Below, piece by piece: positions 48,961 to 59,177 of a stretch of DNA of 64,000 nucleotides. The notes under the pieces were generated by a model, which saw nothing but the letters and a program-made list of their open reading frames with translations, was not told the origin of the DNA and did not search any database. Position 1 is the first letter of the stretch, and every line of letters starts with the position of its first letter. Location: assembly GCF_006345805.1 (NCBI RefSeq), contig NC_043013.1, forward strand, positions 26,412,001-26,476,000, given 5' to 3'. The position numbers were made by a program, and so were the translations under genes. This stretch comes from Octopus sinensis (taxonomy: Eukaryota).

Positions 48961-49219
48961 AACATTTTTTTTCAGAATGAGATATAAAAAAAAACCAAGA
49001 CTGTGAAGATTTTAGAACTCACAGCCTTGATTTTTTATCTCATTCTGAAAAAAAATTTCTTTTATATACACATGCTGATATATGACCTACGTTGGACCTC
49101 TTCTTCGCATAATCACTGAACCTGGAGCTTAACTATGGTCTGTCCATAGCACTTACTCAGCATTACGTGACACCTTTGGGTCTTATTGACACCATCGCCT
49201 CTCATAACCTCATCATCAT

Positions 49220-50266
49220 CATCATCATAATTATCCTCATCGTTTAACGTCTGCTTTCCATGCTATCATGGGTTGGACGATTTGACTGAGGGCTGGCAAA
49301 CCAGAAGGCTGCACTAGGCTCCAATCTGATCTGGCAGAGTTTCTACAGCTGGATGCCCTTCCCAACACTAACCACTCTGAGAGTGTAGTGGGTGCTTTTA
49401 TGTGCCACTTGCATGAGGACTAGTCAGGCGGTACTGGCAATGGCCACGCTCAAATAGTGATTTTTACATGCTACCTGCACAGGAGCACTGGCAATGACCT
49501 CGCTCAAATGTTTTTCACATGCCAGCAAGGCGATGCTGGTAATGATCACATTCGAATGGTGCTTTTTATGTGCCACCGGCACGGGAGCCAGTCAGCTGCT
49601 CAGGTAATGATCACGCTCAGATGGTGCTCTTAGTGCTTCATTAGTATGGATGCCAGTCATGCGGTACTGTCATCGAATTTGATTTCGATTTCGATCTCAC
49701 TTGCCTCAACAGGTCTTCGCAAGCAGAGTTTAGTGTCCAATGAAGGAAAGGTATGCATAAGTGGGCTGGTTACACCCCTGGTATAGGCCACAGGTTATAG
49801 TCTCACTTGGCTTGCTGGGTCTTCTCAAGCACAGCATATTTCCAAAGATCTCGGTCACTAGTCATTGCCTCAGTGAGGCCTAAGATTCGAAGGTCATGGG
49901 GGACCTTGTCAAAGGCTTTCTCCATGTCAATGAAAGCCAGGTACAGAGATTTATCTTTGGCTAGGTATTTCTCCTGCAGCTGTCATACGAGAAGTGTAGC
50001 ATCAGTGGTGCTTTTCCATGGCATGAACCCAAACTGCATCTCATCTCAACTGACTCTCTCCTTAATTAGTTGGACAATGACTCTCTCCGTGACCTTCATT
50101 ACCTGATCCAACAACTTGATGCTTCTGTAGTTATTTCTATCTAAAGCATCACCTTTACCTTTGTAGCAGTTGACTATGGTGCTGCTACACCAGTCATTGG
50201 GTATGACTCCTTCGAGTATCACCTGGTTAACAATATGGGTGACTAGGCTATAGCTGACACTGCCAG

Positions 50267-50270
<4 letters not shown>
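49220..50270 (-). mobile_element. Internally deleted RTE LINE (RT fragment plus 3'UTR)
   Basis: GVIPNDWCSSTIVNCYKGKGDALDRNNYRSIKLLDQVMKVTERV, F.DMEKAFDKVP, and the same 3'UTR as 30480-31200. Confidence 0.85.
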
Positions 50271-50271
<1 letters not shown>

Positions 50272-50335
<64 letters not shown>

Positions 50336-50341
50336 TATATA
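50272..50341. repeat. (TA)n
   Basis: Direct reading. Confidence 0.95.
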
Positions 50342-51084
50342 AACAGCCATAATTAGTAAAAATATTACTATCCTTTTGTTCAATCTTTAATCTTTTATTT
50401 GTATCAGTCATTAGACTGAGGTCATGTTGAATGTATTGACTCTAGTACTTAGTTTTTTAAAGCCTGGTACTTGTTCTATCAGTCTCCCTTGCTGAGCTGC
50501 TAAGTTACAGGGATGTAAGCACACCAGAACTAGCTGTCATCTATATTTATTTTTTAAATACACACACACATATATTGAACAGTAAGAGATGTGTTCTGAT
50601 AAGAAATCAATCAATACAGTAATTACTGATAATATTAATGATGTTGATATTGGATGATGATGATGTGATATTGATGATGGTTTCTTTAGTGCTACATGGG
50701 GAGTGAGTGAGGCACACTTTACAAGGCACAGGAAAACGTGTGAGCTTGCGTATACATGCATGTGTGTGTGTGTGTGTGTGTGGGTTACATTAATTGCGAA
50801 AAGAAATGAAGCAAACACAATAGGCTGCACTGTAATAAGAACGTATTTAATAACGAACAAAAGTGGAAGGGGTCAGTGATGGTGGCGGCGGCGGTGGTGG
50901 GGACGAGGACGGTAGTGATAGCATGTTGCTATTGATCCTTCTTCAACTCATAAAGACTTCGTTAGACATTTGTTGCTATTTAATTTGTTTCATAAAGCAG
51001 ATTGATCACTTTTAAAGCTTTTCTGGTAAAAAAAAAAAATTAATAAATGATTTTATTTTATATATCTTTTTTATATATCAACAT

Positions 51085-51260
51085 GGTTGTATAAGGCCAT
51101 GTAGTCTTGGGTTCAATTCCAGCGCTTGGCACCTTAGGCAAGTGTCTTCAACTCTGGTAATAACTGGCTCAAAGTCTTGCTAAGTGGATTCTGAAAGAAG
51201 CCTGTTGTACGTGTGTGTCTTGTACTGATGTCAAATGATGGTTGTAAATGAGCCTCTCTT
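51085..51260 (+). mobile_element. SINE family B, degraded
   Basis: GGGTTCAATTCCAGC..ACCTTAGGCAAGTGTCTTC..GAAAGAAGCC. Confidence 0.65.
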
Positions 51261-51317
51261 TTATACTATTAAGCATTCACCTGGCAAGCTAACGATACTG
51301 CCAGCTCGCCCAAATTT

Positions 51318-51765
51318 TGGTACAAGGCCAGCAATTTCAGGGGAGGGGCTAAGTTGATTACATTGGTCCCAGTGCTCAACTGGTGCTTGTTTTATTGACC
51401 CTGGAAGGATGAAAGGCAAAGTTGACCTTGGTGGAATTTGAACTCAGAATGTAGTGATGGACAAAATGCTGCTAAGCATTTTGCTTGGCATGCAAATGAT
51501 TCTGCTGGCTCATCTTAATAATAATAATAATAATCATAATAATCATAATAATAATTTCAAATTTTGGCACAAGGCCAGTAATTTTGGGAGAGTGGGTAAG
51601 CTGATTACATCAACCCCAGTGTTCAACTGGTACTTATTTCCTTGACCCCAAAAAGGTTTGTATGGCAAAGTGGACCTTGGTAGAATTTGAACTCAGAATG
51701 TGAAGACAGATAAAATGCCACTAAGTATTTTGCTTTGTGCTAACAGTTCTGCCAGCTTGCTACCT
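51318..51765 (-). mobile_element. Head-to-tail SINE A pair
   Basis: Two copies separated by (AAT)n. Confidence 0.85.
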
Positions 51766-52397
51766 TATATAATAATAACGATGATGATGATAATATTTTA
51801 AAACAAATAAATAAATAAATAAAACAACAAGATTAAAGAAACAAAACTACCACAGAAACATGGTGCTTTTGAAGTTCTTTGTGTTGGGTTAGACTTAACA
51901 ACGTTAACCGCTATGAGTGATGATGGTGGTGATAATGATGATATCTCTTCACTCCCCATTAGCTTCTTTAACTCTCACTATCTCGCTCCCCCCACATCAA
52001 CATTTTCCTTAGATTCAAACACTTTTTCTTTCTTTATCCATTCAAATTTTAAATCCAAATTGTTCATTGATATTTATATTTCTTCAATATGCTCCACTAC
52101 ACACTGTCATTCTTTCGCAACTGTTTTTTTGGGGCGACTTGTTCTTGTTTCAGTTCTGTCTTTTTGAAAAGATTAATTTATTTCATTTTATAATTTCCAT
52201 TAATCTAACTTAATGTTTAAGGATTAATAAATAGAAAACTTGCACCAATAAAAACAATTACTCTTTGGTTTTTCTCTTGGGTTTCTATTTCAAAATATAT
52301 AGCAAACTTATTTAAATTTTTTCTACTCTACTTTACTCGCCCCCTCTCACTCTTTGTATATATATATAATATATATATATGTATATGTATATATATG

Positions 52398-52620
52398 TGG
52401 CCGTTTGCCAGCCTCGTCTGGCACCTGTGTCGGTGGCACATAAAATCACCCACTACACTCTCGGAGTGGTTGGCGTTAGGAAGGGCATCCAGCTGTAGAA
52501 ACACTGCCAGATCTGACTGGACTGGTGCAGCTTTCGGGCTTCCCAGACCCCAGTTGAACCGTCCAACCCATGCTAGCATGGAAAGCGGACGTTAAATGAT
52601 GATGATGATGATGATGATAT
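52398..52620 (+). mobile_element. RTE 3'UTR tail, near-identical to 42547-42706
   Basis: GTGGCCGT.TGCCAGCCTCGTCTGGCACC...GGAAAGCGGACGTTAAATGATGATG. Confidence 0.88.
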
Positions 52621-52739
52621 ATATATATACGTATATGCATATATATGTATGTATGTATGTGCACGAGTGTGTGTGTGTGTATGTACATACACAACTATAT
52701 GCATGAGAATATACATAAAACATACAAATCTGCACATAC

Positions 52740-53480
52740 ATGCATACATACAAAAATACCCTGTTGTTGATGTTGAAATTTCAATGAAGGAACCTTGGAT
52801 CTAGGTTAGAAACCAGTTCTTTCTCTATTGGCAAGAATTCTTGAAATTATCTGAATAATGACATATATACATACATTCTACCCAGATTACAGATTCAGGT
52901 TTATATCTGTAATTATTGGGGTACACACTGCTTAAGTTCCAATCTTGAGAAATTAAACTTCTCAAAACCTGAAAAGAGAAAGCTGATTCCAAAACTATAG
53001 ATCCAAGCCATCACTGGAACTGTAAAAAGCTGTAAAACTTTCTCGAAGTTTATCACTTAAGTGTATATGCACATGTCAAGACATGCAGCTATATGCATGA
53101 GAGTGCATACATAAAACATAACATATAAATCTGTACATACACTAAATCCAAATACTGCATATACACACAAAAACATGCAAAAATATCCTGTTGATGTTAT
53201 TGTAATTCCAATGAAGGAACCTTGGATCTAGTTTAGAAACCAGCTCTTTCACTATTGGCAAGAAATCTTGAAATAAAACTGAATAATGACAGACACTCAC
53301 ACAGATTAACAGTCACACACATAGAAAACACCTACAGACAAAGTTTATTATATTGAGACAGATGGGTTAAAAGAATATTAGTGGAACTTCAAAATTAAAA
53401 CAGCCACAAAACTAAAACACAACTGGCCAGATATTGTTGTGTGGGACCACAAGGAAAAGATATGTTCTGTTGTGGAAATC
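52740..53480 (+). mobile_element. Rearranged fragments of the same RLE-type LINE
   Basis: YRFRFISVIIG..IQAITGT.K..KTF (52885-53050), two 3'UTR blocks, and KIKTATKLKHNWPDIVVWDHKEKICSVVEI (~53385-53480). Confidence 0.6.
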
Positions 53481-54719
53481 ATTTTTTGACAGCAATGATG
53501 CGAGATATAATACATTTGCAAAATTCTAAGAGACAATAAATTTACTTTATAGTTTTTATTCAAACGTCTATGTTTTATTTTTTGTTTATTTGATATATAA
53601 TAAATTCTTCTTAAACTTATTTTTTTATATCTGAACTTCATTTGAATATATAAAATTTATTTAGCATAAAATTTTACTTATGTGATAGGGTCTGGGAAAG
53701 GCACCAGAAGCAATACTAACATGCTCCTTTAAGAATCATCACGAGGACCCTGCATACATATGTGCATGCATGCATGCATGTGTACTGCAGCAAAATGTTT
53801 AGGTGCTGGATTAATAATATTCTTAATTAACTGAATTTGAGAAAGTACAGGAATAGAAGTTGAATCTTAAGAATATTGCAGTTGATGATAGAATTTGAAT
53901 TTAATATGCTTTATGAACAGGCTTCAGATGAGAAAGTATGGAAAAGATTTAACAAGAGACTAGTGCATGCTTAAGTAACATATTGCTAAATTTGAAGCAG
54001 CATGTCTAAATTTGAAGGGCTATTTTTTCTCCACCTTAGCACAGTTTCATGTGAATGTCTATCTGAAATCATATGGAACGGTTTATGCTGAGCCTGAAGA
54101 AGATAAATTAAAAGTTAGTTTTTAGGCCAAGCTCTAGAGAAGACGTGAGTGCTGGGAAGTGGGATTTTATGGTTATCAAGAGCTCCAAAGTGTGGGATTT
54201 CCAGAGTTCCATGGGAATATATTTTCATTTTTCAATTTTCACCACACCATTTATTTCTTATTATTTTTCAGCTGATAGGATACTACTGCCTATTTGACTG
54301 TTACTAAGTAAATTAAAATGTATCTTAGTTATTCTTCTCAAATAGAAGAGATTATATTTCTTCATATCTAAATATCAACTCAACAATCATGGCAATAACA
54401 TAACATGAAGGTAGCTAAGCATTTTGAAACTTTGAAAGACAGACTGCATCTCTATAATGTATGAAAGCTTCAAACCTTTATGGGGAGCAAATACAGAAAG
54501 TTCCTTAGAGAATTTTCTTCATTGGAGAAGTTAGAATCTAATGAAAAGGCAAGCATTTATATAAAATAAAACTAAAAACACTTTTTAAAATTCAATTCCA
54601 GCTTCAGCTGCAATATTTTTAAGCTTCCAGTGCTTATTTTCTGGTACCTTTTCCAGGTACACTTTGTTAAAATATTACCATTCCTGTTAGTCTACTATTT
54701 CTACTTCTTTGTCTTACTC

Positions 54720-55050
54720 TATGCCTCATCACTCATTGACACCAACTCCAACTTAAAAGCACAGTATGTCTTTTAGTGGAGTTTTCATGGCTACAGTCTT
54801 GGCCTGTCTACTCAGTCTGCTAGCCCGTGTACACAATGTTTTTGTGATACCACTTGTATGGATGGTCATTGGCTCACAATGAGCTTATCCTCCCTTTGAG
54901 AGGTCCTGGTTTTAACCTTGCAGTGTCTACAACATCCTCCTCACCTGACAAGCCAGTTGCTGGGGCCAGTATAATCCCTGACCATCCAACCATGAAACAG
55001 GTAGCACTGGGTTACGTGATACCAGTAGCAATATCTTCCTGATCTGACTT
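54720..55050 (-). mobile_element. Possible Tc1-family transposase N-terminal relic
   Basis: Frameshifted RTSQREDKLIV and SRLSRQAKTVAMKTPL resemble Tc1 HTH and KKPLL motifs. Confidence 0.3.
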
Positions 55051-55980
55051 CACTATTTTTACAAGCAACACGCTTTACAGCCAAAAAATAATTGATATTG
55101 AAACAAAACTAAAAAAACATGAAAACTTCTTTTAATAATTGAAAATTTTCCAAAAAGTATTAAGGAAGTTTTATAAATTGACAAAAAGTAAATTGCACCA
55201 AAATGTCAAAATGCCAATGAAGAATCCCAAGAGAAAAATGCCAATAATGCAAAAGTAAATGGATTAAATGACAGCAGTCAGAAAACAGTACAGCAAATTT
55301 GAGTTAACAAGTTTGAGACTAAAGGGGTCATCATCATCATCATCATCAGTATCATCATAGTTATTAAGCACTTTATGCCCTTAGATTATAAGTATATAAA
55401 CTCTTTGGAGTTTGGTACCTTTTTTGTTTTGTTTTGTATTTTTTTGTTTTGTTTTGTATTTTTTTTTGGTGTCTTAGTCCAACTTGAAGAGGTTATTTCT
55501 CTATAATAATTGTCTTGGCAAGAATTGTTAAAACCCAGAATATTGACTGAGAATAGATACTGCAAAGCATCTTGTTAGTGGCTCTAAAAATACTGCCAAT
55601 CTATTGCCTTGGACAGATGCTTTATTTATCAACTCTGAAAGGATGAAAAGCTAAAAAGTTAGCATCACCTGGATTTGAACTCAGAGTGCAGAGAACCAAA
55701 ACAAATATCCACACAAGCCATTTTAAACAGTTTTGCCAGTTCACCACATTCACAACACCAACAGCTCTTAATGGACTAGAAATAGCAAAAGAGCCCTCTT
55801 ACAGACTTTGATCTCAGATCTTATAGGCAGAAAACTAAAAGCTGTAATAGTTTTAGTCAAGACCCTTTACTACTTCTCAGCCATTATTAACACCTTTCAC
55901 AACTTTCATATAACTTGTTTAATGATAAAATAAGGAAGCAAAGTTTTCTTTTGTATTAGAAGAAATTGAAGAAGACTTAC

Positions 55981-56095
55981 CTGCATATCTGAGACTTTCT
56001 CATTATTATCTTTGACATTGGTGTCATTAGTTAAAAACAGGAAGAACAAAAGTATCATTTCAATCTGGTGACTTCTCTTCCTACAGGTTATTGAT
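55981..56095 (-). CDS. GAL3ST-like: Probable first coding exon of the GAL3ST-like gene (5'UTR plus MTPMSKIIMRKSQIC, ATG at 56027)
   Basis: Acceptor TTTTGTATTCACAG and donor GCAG/GTAAGT at 55980. The 47 coding nt end in phase 2 (AG) and join A of exon 36248 to form AGA (R). An in-frame TAA lies just upstream of the ATG. The join gives a basic cytoplasmic tail before the TM helix. Confidence 0.75.
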
Positions 56096-56444
56096 CTGTG
56101 AATACAAAACTAGGCGTATTGATTTAAAAAGAGAAGGGGAAAATGTATCTTTTTAATCTGGCGTTTTCTCTTCCTGCTTGTTATTAATCTGTGAATACAA
56201 AATTAGGCATAATGATTTGTTTTCACTTGTGTTTTTTTTTCATTTAATCTAGAACCTTCTGTGCATCTTTTTATTTGCCATATTAAATAACAAAATTTTG
56301 TAATAATATCGTTTTGTAAATACAAGATGTGCATATTGATTTTTAACCTTCCTTAACCCTTACTCCATCTCAATATAACTATTCATCTCTCTCACCCACT
56401 CTTTCTCACTCTCTCTCTCTCTTTCTCACACACACACACAGACA

Positions 56445-56483
<39 letters not shown>

Positions 56484-56499
56484 TTCTATGTATATCTGT

Positions 56500-56790
56500 A
56501 CATCATCATCATTTAACATCCGATTATCATGCTGGCATGGGTTGGACTATTTGACATGAAGCTGGCTAACAGAGAGCTATCCAGACTCCAACTGTCCATC
56601 ATGGCATTGTTTCTATGGCTGGATGCCTTTCCTGATGCCAACCACTTAACAGAGTGTACTGGGTACTGTTTACATGCCACCAGCACAAGTGTGTTTAAGC
56701 AGCACTGGCATGGATGCATTAACACAACACCAGCACAGGTGCTTTTTAAGTGGCACCAGCACCTGAAAGGACAAGCTTGCATATGTAGGA
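56500..56790 (-). mobile_element. RTE 3'UTR tail
   Basis: CATCATCATTTAACATCC..CATGCTGGCATGGGTTGG..GGCTGGATGCC..CCAACCAC. Confidence 0.75.
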
Positions 56791-56799
56791 AATGTATAT

Positions 56800-56826
56800 G
56801 CATATATATATATATATATGTGTGTG

Positions 56827-56858
<32 letters not shown>

Positions 56859-57002
56859 CGTACGTACACATGTATGTATGTATGTATGTACGTACGTACG
56901 TACATATGTATGTATGTATGTATGTATGTATGTGTATGTATGTATGTATGTATGTATGTATGTATGTATGTATGTATGTATATATGTATGTATGTATGTG
57001 TG
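56800..57002. repeat. (TATG)n-type microsatellite
   Basis: Direct reading. Confidence 0.95.
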
Positions 57003-57049
57003 TATCACAGTATCAATCAGACCATCAGATGCTGTTATACACCACTGGT

Positions 57050-58260
57050 GACAATGCCCTTCCAATTCTGTATTGATTACACATTCTTTTCCATCTTGAC
57101 CCAAATTGCTTGCCTAAATTGTCTCCCCATTATTGTAGAAACCTTCCAAGTGGCCTTTTCTGATCACTTGGATACATCTCCGTAATTGCATGGGTCCACT
57201 TGTTGTCTATAAACCTTGCAACATGTCCAGCCCAGTAGAACTTGTGCTTTTGGCTATATGCAATCACATCATTCGCTCCACTCCATTCCCAAATTATTTC
57301 ATCTTGAAGGTGCTCTCTCAATGATACTCCTAACATGAATTTTCCCGTAGCCCTTTCAGTCTTAGCCAATCAAAGTTCTACCCTCTTCACAGTGGCTCAC
57401 ATCTCACATCTATATAAGAGCACAGGTAGGATGAAGTTGTTTAAGAGTCTGGAACATGTAGCATTGTCTAGCTTTGTTTGGAACACATCCTTTATGGAGT
57501 CAAATGCCCTCCATTCTCTGTGAGGTTTCATCATCAGATCTCAGTGTATATTCACAGTGTGCCCTAAGTAGATGTACCCCTTCATCTCCTTGAAGTCATC
57601 ACTTCCACCTCTATTCAGCCCTATGCTATGTCTTCTGACAGCATATATTTTGTTTCCATGTGGTTCATTTTAAGATCTATTCCTAACGTCTGAGTGTCCA
57701 CCTCTGCCGGCATGGTCTGCAGCTGGTTCATGGTTTCAGCAATGAGTACAATATCATCTGTGAATTGGAGATATGTTAATTGCTCACCATTGATGTTCAC
57801 ACTACCAGTCCAGTCAATATCCTTAATGAACATTTCTAAACATGCAGTAAAGAGCTTTGGAGGGATAGTGTCTCCTTGCTTGATACCTTTCTCAGCTGGA
57901 GACTTTACCAGTCATGAAGCAGGGTTATGTCTGTTATACATCCAGAGCTTGTATCGCTGAGCAATTTGATGTATTGTGTCTCAACACCTTGCATTTCCAA
58001 GGATTTCAACACTGCATTCATTTTGATGCTCTCAAAAGCCTTTTTGAAATCAACAGAAGTGATAAACAAAGGAAGCTTGCATTCATTTGCATGTTCTATG
58101 AGCTGTGTCAAAGTGAATATGTGATCTACTGTAATATAGTTTTTAAAGAAAACTTTCTTTCTTTCTTGGCTGGTGGTTGTTAAGGTGTTTTGATAGTTTG
58201 ATGACTATGACTTTTGTAAACAGCTTATAGAGATGAGAGCAGGTAATAGTTTTTTAAAAT
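57050..58260 (-). mobile_element. Degraded RTE-clade LINE (RT region), separate family
   Basis: QLIEHANECKLPLFITSVDFKKAFES, GIKQGDTIPPKLF, INGEQLTYLQFTDDIVL, WAGHVAR. Confidence 0.8.
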
Positions 58261-59177
58261 CTTTTTTATCACACTTTTTATGAAGTAAGATGGTATTCAA
58301 CTCCCTCCACAGTATAGAGGGGTGTGTTGATTGCTGCAACTCCTCATTGTTCCTCTCCTGCATTATCTTCATTGTCCTCTCTCCTCTGCATCTCTATCTA
58401 GTACACTTTCATTGCATTCAGGCCCCTGTACTTACTACATTTCTATGATGCTCTCCTCCTTCCAACCTCTTCATATTTCAAGCTTCTTGCTACCTTCACC
58501 TTCTATTCCCCCTCACCTCTAGAATGCTCACTAGTCTTTCTTTCTTTCACAGATATCCCACCACATTTTCCTCTCACTGCCCTCTCCTCACAGTCTTTTC
58601 ACTTGGATTACCTTACCTGCATTCAAAGTCTGTTTCCCCTCAAACATACACTGCTGTCTCTATGGCACCTTGCAGTATTTCATTCCTTCCCTGATCCCAT
58701 TGCACTCACAGCTTATCCTTGTTTTCTCTCACTGTCCACCCCTTTCTTCTCTACCACCTCAACACTCATCTCTCCATCTTCACTCTACTCCTAAGCCTTC
58801 CCCCTCACACACACATCTGTCTCTTTTTCTCTGACTCTCTCTGGGTCCTCACAATATTTGTCCACTTCTCTTTCATGTGCCCTTTCTCTCACACCTATTT
58901 ATATTCACCCTTATAAAGTGGGTTGATCTTAGAACCCATTACACAGTGCACTTTATCACCCTTAGCACTCTGTTCTTTTGTTCCTCTGTACCCCCAGACA
59001 CTAATCCCTGTCCTGTTCACACTCCTTCCCCACATGTGTCTACATTGTTACCATATCACTGTCATCTTGTCACAGCTATCAATATGTTCCCTTTTTTACA
59101 CTTTAATAGCTCTTATCACTGCTCCTAGAATCATCACATCCACTCTCTGCTATTCTCCTTCAGTTATAGGGGCTTCT

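Noticed and set aside
58320-59160. Several short ORFs in a pyrimidine-rich tract
   Set aside because: Low-complexity composition with no domain similarity or splice-supported frame.
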